Source: a virus. Taken from it: DNA of 64,000 nucleotides. The position numbers and the translations under genes are program-made. The stretch's first letter is position 1, and each line of letters starts with the position of its first letter. The notes under the pieces were generated by a model that searched no databases, was not told the origin of the DNA, and saw only the letters and a list, made by a program, of their open reading frames with translations. Location: positions 54,887 through 118,886 of IMG/VR virus record IMGVR_UViG_3300034111_000335, one strand, 5' to 3'. Below are positions 9,286 through 19,516 of the stretch, in pieces.

Positions 9286-11760
9286 ATGTTAAGATACTCT
9301 CTTTATAAAAAGTTTGTTAGTGGAGGAGGGGTAGATCCTGAGGTTGAAAAAATTAAACCAAAAGGAATTGCTTATCCTGTTGAAGGCACAACTAACGATC
9401 AGCCAAATACAACTACTGTAAATAATTCAGAGTCGTATCAAGATGCTTTTCAAATTCCTAACTTATCTTTAGCAGGATTCAAAACTACTGATTCTCCTGA
9501 GGGTACTGTAACAGACACTAAAAAGTCTTACGCTCCTGGAACTTTCAGTAATCAAGATTCTCTTCCTACGTTTGGTTCTATGTTAAGTCCTTTAAATCCT
9601 TTTGATGTAGATCAAACAACTCCTGGAGTAGAACAAGGTCCCTTAAGTGAAGAAGAGAGTACAGCTAGAGGTATTACTGTCGCACCTGTAACTAAACCTA
9701 CGTCCGAGGAACCTTCTTTTTGGCAACAAAATAAAGGGGCAATAGCTACACTAGGTTTACTAGGAACAAAAGCTTTACTATCTAAAAACGAAGATTTAAA
9801 AAATCAACAAGACTTAACGGAGTCAATTCAAGAAAGAAACTCTAAGCCTTTATATGACTATAACTATATGTATGGTCGCACAAGTAGTGGAGGCACAAAT
9901 AGAAAAAATGTAATCTCAGTCGAAATGGGTGGAAAAATAAATAAACGTTATGCTAGTGAAGGCATAAACGATGTAGAAATTGAGGGAGGAGAATTCATTC
10001 AACTTCCTAACTTTGATACTGAAATGGCTGAAGGACCATCTCATGCAAATGGAGGTATTCCTACAAACCTGCCTGATCAAACTCGTGTATATTCTAACAA
10101 TCTGAAACCAGAAGGTTCTAAGAAAACTTTTGCTCAACTTGCTAAGAACTACGATACTACTTCATATAAGAAAACTTTAGAGAATCCTTTTGCTAAACAA
10201 GTAGATAAAGAGACTGCTTCTATTATGATGAAACGTAATCAGAAGATTTTAGATCAATTGTTTGATGATCAACAAGCAATGAATGGAAACTCTAACGGAG
10301 AACTAGAAGCTAGAAATGGAGCAGGTATCAATAACCCAGGATTTAAATCATTGCCTGGTTATGTACAAGCTAAAATTACTGCTAATATGGCTGATGGAGG
10401 AACTAAGTATAAAGTTCCTGAAGGAGTAACTATTAAGCAAAAAGGAGATCCTTCTATTCAAGTAGGAGATTACGTAATGGGTGAGAATAACAGGCCCATG
10501 AAAGTAACTGCTGCTAACAAGAAAACCAGTTTAGGAGAATACAATAAAACTTATGACGAGTTAACAAAGACGTTTAATCGTCCTGAGTTTGATAAGGTTA
10601 AAGATGCAATGTATTCTAAATACATGCAAAAGAATCCTAATGCTAACATTAGCAAAGAGCAGTTTATGAACAACTTTATGGAAGCTCAAAAACAAGTCTA
10701 TGCTATACAAGATGCTGCTAAAAACAATCCTAATCTAGATATTAAAACAGAAGATTTAGATAGAACAGCTGGTGGGATGAAGAATAAAGTATACAACCAG
10801 ATAGCAAAACAGTTAGGAATGACTCCTTTAACAGAAGATCAAACTTCAATGTTTCAGCAATCTTACTTAGACTTAGCAGACTTGCAGAACACTCCAGAGT
10901 TTAAAGAAACCTTGTCTGATTTTGATCTTACTCCTAAAGGAGTTTATGATGATGTTTACTTAGGTAAACCTATATCAAAAGCAGATGCTATTTTTGGTAA
11001 TACAACTATTGGTCAAGCTGTAAGAGCTAAGAGTAGAAATGACGGGATGGACTATCAATACGAAAATGCACCTATTGATCCAGGAGAAGTTCAATTTAAT
11101 CAACCTGGTAATCCTCCGAGAGGAAAGTACATTGAAGGTAAGTTTCCTATGTATCAAGCTATTCCTGAAGCTATGGGTTTAGCCCAAGCACAAGAAATAT
11201 ATCCTTACGCTATTCCTGAAGTAGACGCTCCCTATCTAAAAAACCAGACTTATAATACTAGAAGTCAAATGCAGTCTGTAGATAACTCAGGTACTGCAGC
11301 AGTAAGAGCAGGAGCAGATCCTTTAGATGTTTATATTGCAGGATTAGATGCTAAGCAAAAAATCTCTGAGACTGCAGAAAACTATGACATGCAGAGTAGA
11401 GCCAATACAGATCAAGCAAATGCTCAAATGAGAATGAATGCCAACCAACTTAATATGGCTGCATTTGATAAAGTTTATAATAATCAAATAGCTCAAGCAA
11501 GAGATGCTCAGTCTGCAGAAAAACAAGCAGCTATTGCAAATCTAACTACTAAGAAAGCCATGTTTGATCAAAGTGAATCTAGAAAAGCTGCATTTATTAA
11601 TAATTTAGTACCTTCGTTTAATACAACCTCAAAAGGACAAATGGACGTAGTAGATGGTCAATTACCCTTTTACTTTAATCAGTTTAATGATTATGTAGAT
11701 AATACCTCTACTCAGAAAAAGACTGCTAAGAAGGGAATGTATAAAAAATCTAAAAAATAA
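9286..11760 (+). CDS. Internal virion/cargo protein
   Basis: 824 aa, no Cys seen. EIEGGE..GPSHANGGIP motif, Q/A/N-rich helical C-terminus, short hydrophobic AIATLGLLG segment. First gene of the cargo block. Confidence 0.55.
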   Translation: MLRYSLYKKFVSGGGVDPEVEKIKPKGIAYPVEGTTNDQPNTTTVNNSESYQDAFQIPNLSLAGFKTTDSPEGTVTDTKKSYAPGTFSNQDSLPTFGSMLSPLNPFDVDQTTPGVEQGPLSEEESTARGITVAPVTKPTSEEPSFWQQNKGAIATLGLLGTKALLSKNEDLKNQQDLTESIQERNSKPLYDYNYMYGRTSSGGTNRKNVISVEMGGKINKRYASEGINDVEIEGGEFIQLPNFDTEMAEGPSHANGGIPTNLPDQTRVYSNNLKPEGSKKTFAQLAKNYDTTSYKKTLENPFAKQVDKETASIMMKRNQKILDQLFDDQQAMNGNSNGELEARNGAGINNPGFKSLPGYVQAKITANMADGGTKYKVPEGVTIKQKGDPSIQVGDYVMGENNRPMKVTAANKKTSLGEYNKTYDELTKTFNRPEFDKVKDAMYSKYMQKNPNANISKEQFMNNFMEAQKQVYAIQDAAKNNPNLDIKTEDLDRTAGGMKNKVYNQIAKQLGMTPLTEDQTSMFQQSYLDLADLQNTPEFKETLSDFDLTPKGVYDDVYLGKPISKADAIFGNTTIGQAVRAKSRNDGMDYQYENAPIDPGEVQFNQPGNPPRGKYIEGKFPMYQAIPEAMGLAQAQEIYPYAIPEVDAPYLKNQTYNTRSQMQSVDNSGTAAVRAGADPLDVYIAGLDAKQKISETAENYDMQSRANTDQANAQMRMNANQLNMAAFDKVYNNQIAQARDAQSAEKQAAIANLTTKKAMFDQSESRKAAFINNLVPSFNTTSKGQMDVVDGQLPFYFNQFNDYVDNTSTQKKTAKKGMYKKSKK

Positions 11761-11763
11761 ACC

Positions 11764-13485
11764 ATGCCAATTTCAGCACAACATACCAAATTTGTCTACC
11801 CTGACTACATTGAGTCGCTTCCTGCAGATGACTTAATTAAACTTGCTGTGAAGAAGCAGGAAATGTTTGATGAGGGTAGATCTAAAGTACAACAGAGTAT
11901 AGACGCTTATGGTAAGATTCGTAATAGTCTTGTACGAGATGTAGACAAAGAGTACTTTGACAAGAACATGAATAACTTGGTTAAGGCTATTAACCAGAAT
12001 GCAGGCTTGGACTTTTCTGTTAAAGGAAATGTAGACTCTGTTCTTAACATAGGAAGACCATTAGAAAATGATGCTACTTTATTAGGTGCAGTAGATTCTG
12101 CTAAGACGTACAACTCTATGATGGAAGAGTATAAAAAACTTGATCCAAAACTTAAGAGTCCTGTAAACGATTACTTTTATTTTAAAGATATCGCAGCTTG
12201 GAAAAACAATGGGGACGTAGGTACTAAGTTAAATTACCAAAGTTACAAACCCTATCAAGAAGGAACAGGTAAGAAATGGGGAGAAGCTTTCTCTAAAATT
12301 AAGCCTAACATTGAAACACAATTTGAATTTACCCCTGACGGAAGACGTATTCAAAAAACAGTAGTAAGTAGTGTAGATCAAGGACGTGTTAGAGATGCAT
12401 ATATGTCTATGCTTACTCCTGCTGAAATGGAACAGTTGCAAATGGATGCTCAGTATAAGTATCTGAATTCTAATCAAGATGCAATTAAAGGTCAGTATCA
12501 AGGACACATGAATGAAACTCTTCAGTTAAGTAACGCTCAAATTGAAGACCTAGAGAATAGAAAAGTAATTGCTAAACAAAAGAATATTCCTATGGACGAT
12601 CCAAGAATTCTTGAGATTGACCGTAACTTGAGTAAAGCTTACATGCAAAGAGATATCTTAGAAGGAAGAGCTTCTAGAGGACTAGCAGATATTCCAGACA
12701 ATGAAGTAATAAACTTCTTACAAGATCAAACTATATTTGATGCAAGTAACGCTTACGCTTATACTCAGGTAGAAAAAGATCTAGATGAGGATCAATATGC
12801 TTTGAAAGCTTATGAGTCTCAATTAGCTATTCAAAAAGAAGTTACACTAGACAGATTAGGACTTAGTGCAAGAAAGAAAGACGAAAAGGTTCCTTTACCT
12901 CCAGGAAGTTTTGAAGTAGATGGTGGATTTATAAAAGACACTGAAAGTGTTTCAGGTAAACCTACAGGTTTGACTCTTAAGAATGACTTGTTGTCTGGAG
13001 TTGGTACTAACGATTTACAGAAACAACAACAGTTAATGGTTGCTCTTAAGAAAGTTCTTTCTAAGGGAGTAGATGATAAAGGACAAGATATACCTGTAAA
13101 TGTAAAAGATGCTTTACTTCGTGCAGTACTTAGTGGAACTTGGGACCCACAAGATGCTAAGGTAATCAAGGCAACTTTTGGAGACGACAATAAGTACAGG
13201 AAGACTATGGAAAATCTTAAGAGTCTTGCTACTGGCTTATACGATATTCAAGATAGAAATGGTGACATTGTAGATATCAGTCAAGTAAACGCAAGAGACG
13301 CAAACATGGGTTCAGGCTATACCTTAGTTCCCAAGAAAGATAAAGCAGCTGAAGAGTACTACTTAACTGATGCAGGTGGATTTGGTTTTAAATTTGACTT
13401 AGAGGAATTAGGAAGTATGGATGCAATGGCTTTATTTAATGCTCAAGATATTAGAAAAGTTAAACCAGAAACAAATCCAAACTAA
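11764..13485 (+). CDS. Internal virion/cargo protein
   Basis: 573 aa, helical, no Cys seen. Lies between cargo genes upstream of the virion RNAP. Confidence 0.5.
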   Translation: MPISAQHTKFVYPDYIESLPADDLIKLAVKKQEMFDEGRSKVQQSIDAYGKIRNSLVRDVDKEYFDKNMNNLVKAINQNAGLDFSVKGNVDSVLNIGRPLENDATLLGAVDSAKTYNSMMEEYKKLDPKLKSPVNDYFYFKDIAAWKNNGDVGTKLNYQSYKPYQEGTGKKWGEAFSKIKPNIETQFEFTPDGRRIQKTVVSSVDQGRVRDAYMSMLTPAEMEQLQMDAQYKYLNSNQDAIKGQYQGHMNETLQLSNAQIEDLENRKVIAKQKNIPMDDPRILEIDRNLSKAYMQRDILEGRASRGLADIPDNEVINFLQDQTIFDASNAYAYTQVEKDLDEDQYALKAYESQLAIQKEVTLDRLGLSARKKDEKVPLPPGSFEVDGGFIKDTESVSGKPTGLTLKNDLLSGVGTNDLQKQQQLMVALKKVLSKGVDDKGQDIPVNVKDALLRAVLSGTWDPQDAKVIKATFGDDNKYRKTMENLKSLATGLYDIQDRNGDIVDISQVNARDANMGSGYTLVPKKDKAAEEYYLTDAGGFGFKFDLEELGSMDAMALFNAQDIRKVKPETNPN

Positions 13486-16400
13486 TGCCAGACAAGTTTA
13501 CAGGTAATGTAGGTCCCTATGCTAAACCTCTAGCAGGAGCAGCCCCTGGGGATATGAGGAGCAGGTTTAACGAACTTGTTCCTATGGAGGTTCAAAACGC
13601 TTACCAGCAGAAAGCGGAGATAGATGTATTAGAGGCAGATAGACTAGAGAACCAGAAACTTCTACAAGAACAAAGAAACGTTAAGTTAAACTCTCTTAAG
13701 AGTTTATACAGGCAAGCTATGCCTAATCCTCAGTTTGCAGATAGAGCTGCTTCTTCTGTCTTTGATAGAATAGAAAATGCTGGATCTAAACAGGAACTTA
13801 ATGACATCTATTCAGAGATAGAAGGTATTAGGGAGAAAGCACAAGATAGTTTATTCTTGTTTGATGGTATGGAAACTTTTTCTGGTATAGCCCAGAGTTT
13901 AGCTTCTACTGCTGAAGGATTCTTTTTCGGTAAAGAAACTGAAGTAAATAAGAAAAAGAAACTTTTGAAGCAAGCAAATCCTGACTTAAATGATGTAGCA
14001 GGATCTGTTCTTCCTAGAGATTTATTTTCTGAAGGAGTTAATGCAATTAAAGAAGCTGAGTTTAAATCTTACGGCCAAAAAATATTAACACAGTACGAAA
14101 GTCCTTTAGCTTTAAATCAAGCTTTAGAGAAGGCAAGACATGGATCATCAGGAGCATATAAAGACTTTGATGCGTTTGTTGCTCCAAGATTAGATGATGC
14201 TTTTGCTACAAAAGGCCACTATCTATATAGGGAAGGGGAAGAAGCTGCACAGTTTCAAAAAGATGCAAGAAATGCCTTTGCTAATCCTACATATAATCAA
14301 GTAAGTGCAAACTTTAAACACGACCTAGAGAAAGAATCTTTGTCTTCTTTAAAGGGTGCTGTTATGCAAAAACTTCAAGGAGAGTTATTAAAGCCTAGAG
14401 ATGCAGTAGACTACAATGCAGATAACATTAAGTACTACAGAAACTCTTTAAACATAATAGACCAAAGATTAAACTCTCTTGCAGGTGTCTACAAAGTAGA
14501 CAAGTATGCTCCAGATATAACTTTATTTGGAGAAAAGAGTTCTGCACGTAGAAGTACTTTTAAAGCTTTGGGAGACACTCTTCCAGGACAATGGGTACTA
14601 GATTTAATTGGGGGAAGTGATTTTGATAAAGCAGTATTCAGTGAGTCTTTCTATAAGCCTGAAGTAATAACTTACGATGCAGAGAATAGACCTGTAATGT
14701 CTAATCAGTTTATGTACACTAAAGCTGATGGATCTAAAGGTTTTAACTATGGTGCAATTCCTGAAGCAGGTGGAGCTATGGTTGCTCAGATGCTTCCAAT
14801 TATTGCAACTGGGGGTCTTGTTGGTGGAGCAGTAAAAGGATTAGCAGGAGCAGAATTAGGTTGGGCATCTAGTGCAGCTGCAGGAATAGCTAGAGGATAT
14901 GATGCTTTAAACAAAGTTTCTGCTTTTGGAAAAGAACTTCAGTTAGCAGACAGGGCAGCAACCTTTGCTTCTGTTGCTGCTAACACTATTCCCCACTTTG
15001 TAGAACAAGAAAAACGTTGGGGAGGTAATTATGTAAAAAGAGGTTTTGCAGGAGGTATCGTAGAAGCATCTGCAGAAGCAATAGGATTTCCTGATGTAGG
15101 AGCACTTAAGATGCGTCCTATGACTACTACTCTAGCATCTTCTGCTATGAGGTCCGCAGGTCTAGAATTAAACTTTGGACAGAGATTAGGTGCGTACCTA
15201 AATAACTCTTACGAGTTTGCTAAGATGGCTACAAAGCAAAACGCAGTAGAGGCACTAGAAGAAGAACTTTCTTTAATAGGTAACTCTATTGTTCAAAATA
15301 CTTTGATGCCTGAGGAGTATGCTTTGAGGGACCGTGAACAAGTTACTGCAAAAACACTAACAGATACATTAGTAGAATCATTTGCTGCAGGTTTAATTTA
15401 TAGTTTTGGTACTACAGGTGCAGGAGCTTACTCTTATACTAGACCAGAAAACTTAAAGAACATGGCTAACTGGGAAGCAGCGAATAACGCTGACTTATTT
15501 GTAGCTAAGTTAAGTGACCTAAAAGACAAAGGAAAGATTACAGATCAAGACTTTGTTCAAGGTATGGCTAAGGTACGTAACCTTCAAGGCACACTTAAGT
15601 CTATGGTAGGCTTTGATAGTATTAGAGACTTAAAGACTTTAAACGTAGACAAAGACGAACAATACAATCTGTTTACAAATCTTCTTAGAAAGAATGAGTT
15701 ACTTACAATAGACTACGATAGTTTATCAGAGGATGAAAAAAACACTCTTGCTAAGTACAAAATAGCAAACAAGATTTCTCAAAAAGAAGCAGGCAAGATA
15801 GAAGAGATCAAAAAACAATTAGCAGAGATATCTACTAAAGAAAATCCTACTCCTGCAGAAATAGAGAAAAGTGTAGAACTTACTTTACTTTATCAAAGAA
15901 TCAAAAGAGCTAATATCCAATCTGTAAAGAAAGGAGAAATTAGCGAAGAAGATAAGAAATTCTTCTACGAGAAAGGATTACTTCAAGATGCTGATCTTCA
16001 ATTTACTAGAGAAGACATAGATAAAGAAATAGCCTCTATAGATAAATCTATTCTTAAGACACAGAAGAGAATAGATCGTTATGCTAACTTGACTGACTCA
16101 GAAAAACGTGATGTTATTAGACAGGTTTATGACGAAAAGATAGATGCTGTAATGAACATAGATGGTACAGCTGAGTTGGTATCTTCAATGTCTGCACTGA
16201 AAAAAGATTTAGACTATCTTAAGTTAAAAGGAGAAGAAGAAGTACCTGGACAAATCGAACATAAAGAAAGACTTCTTGATGCTTACGGAAAGAAGATGTA
16301 TGATCTTACTAACGAAAGAGACGAGTTTGGTCAAAACAAAATAGAGCAAAAGGTTAGTACATTTGATGCTGTTGCTTTAGAACAAGAAGGAGACTTCTAT

Positions 16401-19400
16401 TCTATGTTAGAAGCACAAGAGTACTTATCAGCAAACAAAGATCACGTTAATCAAGAGTTGTATGATACTGTTCAAGAAAACTTAAACGATAGTTTTGAAA
16501 GAGCACAAGCTGCTTTAGCAGAAGCAACTCCTGAGGTTAGATCTAAGATACTTACAGACTTCTTAGATAAAGTAACTTTAAAGAATACTAAGTACGCTTA
16601 CAATGTAAACTTAGTAAACAGTTTGTTTCCTAGTGCAGAATATACCCAAGAAGAACTAGACAACTCTAGAGAGGAATTAATTCAAAGAAGAGCACAACGT
16701 AGATCTGCACAGGTTCTTGGTACTGAAACTTTATCAGAAGACGAAGAAGAACAAAAAGACCAAAAAGAATTTAACGAAGTAGCAACACAGGCAGCTCAAA
16801 CTCCTGAAGTAGTTGATGAATCAGGAAACTCTAATAGGGATGAGATTTATCTTGCTGGATATAATAGGATGCTTGAGAAAGCAAAAAATAATCCAATGGG
16901 ATTTGATAAAGCATTTGAGTCAGCTGTTAAGAGTAGATTAAGTAGAGTATTTACTCGTGGTACAAAAGACTACAACACTTTAACAAATGCGTTTGATAAC
17001 TTACTAGATAAGAAGATTACTCCTGAAGAGTTTAGAAATATATTTTTATCTGTATGGAGGGACAACAAAGCAGACGAGAAAAAAGCTAATGCTGTCATCT
17101 TTCTTAAGTTTATTGCAGACAGGTATTTTGCAAATGATATGCCTGCAGACAGAGTAGCTTCTACTACTCCTGCAGCTAAGACTACTCCTGTTACCCCCGC
17201 TGCTACTGGTACTACTACTACTACTCCCCCTAAAACGGTTGCTAAGAATGCACCTACTCCTAAACAAGGAGGTAAAGTAGATAGATTAAATGAAGTAGTT
17301 ACACAAGAAGTAAAGGCTAGGATGACTCAGTTAGAGTACTTAGCTTCTCCTCTTAGAAGTATTGCTTTTGAATACAATAGACAGAATGAAAAAAATCAAG
17401 ATCCTGCAGTTCTTAGAAACATCGCTTTACTAGAGAAACTTTCTAGTATTCCAGGTTCTCGCATTAGGGTTATGAATAGAAAACTATTCTTAACCTATCA
17501 TATAATGCAGAGGAATGCTGAAGTAGATCCAACAGAAGAGTTTGAGAAGATTGCAACTTATATCTCTGAAAACCAAATGTCTGTAGATACTTGGAATGCT
17601 TTGAGCGAGGAAGAGAAAGAAAGTTTAATGTCCCCCATAGATGCAATCTTAGGAAAGAACTTCTACGATGAAGGTATGGTTAGATTCTTCTTTACTTCTA
17701 CTGATTCTAAGGGTAAGTTGTATCCTGTAGGTTCTGGTTTGTTTACAAATGCTGAACCTATCATCACTGCTGTAGACGGAGAAGAAAATTTAATAACCAT
17801 AGACGGTCTTCCTATGGAGTTAAATATGCCTACTGTCTCTAAGGGAGAGTATCCTATTAGTGATAGAATTATTGAGGAATACTCTAAGTTAGGAGGATCA
17901 GAACAAGAACTTAGAAATAAAAATGCAGACACATTTGAACGCTTAAAGGCTTTAAAGAAATCTATATCTGCTGCAAACTCTTTTAATGACTCTTTACCTT
18001 ATATGGACTTTGACTTCAATGTTTCATCTGGGGTAATGCTTCCTACACCTATTAACACTTTTGAGAAAGGAAATACTACAGAAGTAGAGAATGTAAAGAA
18101 AGCTAGAATCAGTGACTTCAAGATTATAGAAGATCCTAGAGAGTCTGTCTTTGGTAAAAGTTTTGCTTTTGAAAAAGGTCGTGTATACTTTAATAACAAT
18201 GGTAACCCTACTTTATTAACTAACAACAAGATTGACCCAGCAGAAGCAGATGCATTAGCAGAAGTATATTTCTCTGAAGAGAATCCTTACTTTGCTAGTC
18301 CTAAAGAGGCAGAAGCTTATTTGTTTAACTTAATTAACCAAGTAGACAAGAAAACTCGCTTACATTTCTTTGTAAACGAAGAGTATCCAGGACCAGGTCA
18401 GTTTCCTGTAATCATTGTTAAGTCCGTAGAAACAGGTACAGGATTTCAAAATACTGTTTTAACTAAGGAAGAGTTTGCAAGTACTCTTAAGAACCATTAT
18501 TACAAAGCAAGTCTTGCTTTAATGAAGAGTGGTGAACCTGTCCTAAGATTTAAACCTGAAGGAGCAGTAACTCAGAACTATGCAGAGTATTTAAAAGATA
18601 CTCATAACTTTCCTATCAAAGACGGAGAGGTTGCTAAGCCTGTAAACAAGATAGTATATCTATCTACTGAGTCTTTAGCAGAACAGTTTCCAGAAATAAC
18701 GGGTATTGTACCTAAAGTAGAAACTCCTAAGCAAGTACCAACTACTCCAGTTGTTCCTGCTCAACCTGTTTCAGTTGCCGATACTACTTTACCTGCATTA
18801 CAGACCCTATCTATTCTTTTGTTTCCTAGAGCTTTGGATGCTATAAGTCAGAGTGCTGTAGCAGACGCTCCTCAACTATCAGCAGTTAAGACTGTAGGAG
18901 AGGAATTCTATCAGATGGCAATTAATACAGTTCTTGCAGATCCTAGCAAACTTTCTACTGTGTACTATCCTAAATTAATAAAGAATAATACTGGAGGTAC
19001 TGGAGCTAGTGTGTATTTTGAACTGACTCCGTATGATCCAACAGATCCAGGTGCTTTGGGTTCTCCTTTCTATATTGCTCGAGTACAAATAGCAGAAAGA
19101 GAAAAACCTGTAACTCTTGTTTTAGTAAAACCTAAGTCTCCTTTTGGAGGTAAATTTGGTACTCCTAGATTCCTCGCAGAAATAGACTTAGCAAATCCTT
19201 CTGAAGGTAAGATGTCTTCTACTATACCAAGTGCACCTGTAGCTCCTGTAGTTCCTATAGCTCCCGTAGAACCCCCAGCCACTAAGAAAGCTAGACCTGT
19301 TCTTACAGCAAACACATTTGAAGAACCTCAAGCAGAGGTAACAAGTGAGTCTCCTTTCTTAGATTCTTTACAAGATGAAGAAGAACTTAGAGCAGCAGCT

Positions 19401-19448
19401 AAAGAAGTCAAAGACGCTTGTAAAGGTGACTTAGACGATATTGCTTAA
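13485..19448 (+). CDS. Giant cargo/ejection protein with Gly/Ala-rich membrane-type segments
   Basis: 1987 aa. AGGAMVAQMLPIIATGGLVGGAVKGLAG hydrophobic region, long charged helical region, P/T-rich linkers. The single Cys is residue 1979. Confidence 0.6.
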   Translation: MPDKFTGNVGPYAKPLAGAAPGDMRSRFNELVPMEVQNAYQQKAEIDVLEADRLENQKLLQEQRNVKLNSLKSLYRQAMPNPQFADRAASSVFDRIENAGSKQELNDIYSEIEGIREKAQDSLFLFDGMETFSGIAQSLASTAEGFFFGKETEVNKKKKLLKQANPDLNDVAGSVLPRDLFSEGVNAIKEAEFKSYGQKILTQYESPLALNQALEKARHGSSGAYKDFDAFVAPRLDDAFATKGHYLYREGEEAAQFQKDARNAFANPTYNQVSANFKHDLEKESLSSLKGAVMQKLQGELLKPRDAVDYNADNIKYYRNSLNIIDQRLNSLAGVYKVDKYAPDITLFGEKSSARRSTFKALGDTLPGQWVLDLIGGSDFDKAVFSESFYKPEVITYDAENRPVMSNQFMYTKADGSKGFNYGAIPEAGGAMVAQMLPIIATGGLVGGAVKGLAGAELGWASSAAAGIARGYDALNKVSAFGKELQLADRAATFASVAANTIPHFVEQEKRWGGNYVKRGFAGGIVEASAEAIGFPDVGALKMRPMTTTLASSAMRSAGLELNFGQRLGAYLNNSYEFAKMATKQNAVEALEEELSLIGNSIVQNTLMPEEYALRDREQVTAKTLTDTLVESFAAGLIYSFGTTGAGAYSYTRPENLKNMANWEAANNADLFVAKLSDLKDKGKITDQDFVQGMAKVRNLQGTLKSMVGFDSIRDLKTLNVDKDEQYNLFTNLLRKNELLTIDYDSLSEDEKNTLAKYKIANKISQKEAGKIEEIKKQLAEISTKENPTPAEIEKSVELTLLYQRIKRANIQSVKKGEISEEDKKFFYEKGLLQDADLQFTREDIDKEIASIDKSILKTQKRIDRYANLTDSEKRDVIRQVYDEKIDAVMNIDGTAELVSSMSALKKDLDYLKLKGEEEVPGQIEHKERLLDAYGKKMYDLTNERDEFGQNKIEQKVSTFDAVALEQEGDFYSMLEAQEYLSANKDHVNQELYDTVQENLNDSFERAQAALAEATPEVRSKILTDFLDKVTLKNTKYAYNVNLVNSLFPSAEYTQEELDNSREELIQRRAQRRSAQVLGTETLSEDEEEQKDQKEFNEVATQAAQTPEVVDESGNSNRDEIYLAGYNRMLEKAKNNPMGFDKAFESAVKSRLSRVFTRGTKDYNTLTNAFDNLLDKKITPEEFRNIFLSVWRDNKADEKKANAVIFLKFIADRYFANDMPADRVASTTPAAKTTPVTPAATGTTTTTPPKTVAKNAPTPKQGGKVDRLNEVVTQEVKARMTQLEYLASPLRSIAFEYNRQNEKNQDPAVLRNIALLEKLSSIPGSRIRVMNRKLFLTYHIMQRNAEVDPTEEFEKIATYISENQMSVDTWNALSEEEKESLMSPIDAILGKNFYDEGMVRFFFTSTDSKGKLYPVGSGLFTNAEPIITAVDGEENLITIDGLPMELNMPTVSKGEYPISDRIIEEYSKLGGSEQELRNKNADTFERLKALKKSISAANSFNDSLPYMDFDFNVSSGVMLPTPINTFEKGNTTEVENVKKARISDFKIIEDPRESVFGKSFAFEKGRVYFNNNGNPTLLTNNKIDPAEADALAEVYFSEENPYFASPKEAEAYLFNLINQVDKKTRLHFFVNEEYPGPGQFPVIIVKSVETGTGFQNTVLTKEEFASTLKNHYYKASLALMKSGEPVLRFKPEGAVTQNYAEYLKDTHNFPIKDGEVAKPVNKIVYLSTESLAEQFPEITGIVPKVETPKQVPTTPVVPAQPVSVADTTLPALQTLSILLFPRALDAISQSAVADAPQLSAVKTVGEEFYQMAINTVLADPSKLSTVYYPKLIKNNTGGTGASVYFELTPYDPTDPGALGSPFYIARVQIAEREKPVTLVLVKPKSPFGGKFGTPRFLAEIDLANPSEGKMSSTIPSAPVAPVVPIAPVEPPATKKARPVLTANTFEEPQAEVTSESPFLDSLQDEEELRAAAKEVKDACKGDLDDIA

Positions 19449-19486
19449 CTATCATAGATAATTAAAGCAAAACTAGATTAACAACT

Positions 19487-19494
19487 TATATTTG
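19487..19494 (+). promoter_or_regulatory. TAnnTTTG -7 box upstream of virion RNAP gene
   Basis: TATATTTG in the intergenic space, 22 nt before the ATG at 19517. Confidence 0.55.
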
Positions 19495-19516
19495 TAATAA
19501 TAGCAACTAAAATAAA

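Noticed and set aside
17150-17270. ACT-rich low-complexity repeat
   Set aside because: It encodes a T/P/A linker inside the 1987-aa protein and is not an independent DNA element.
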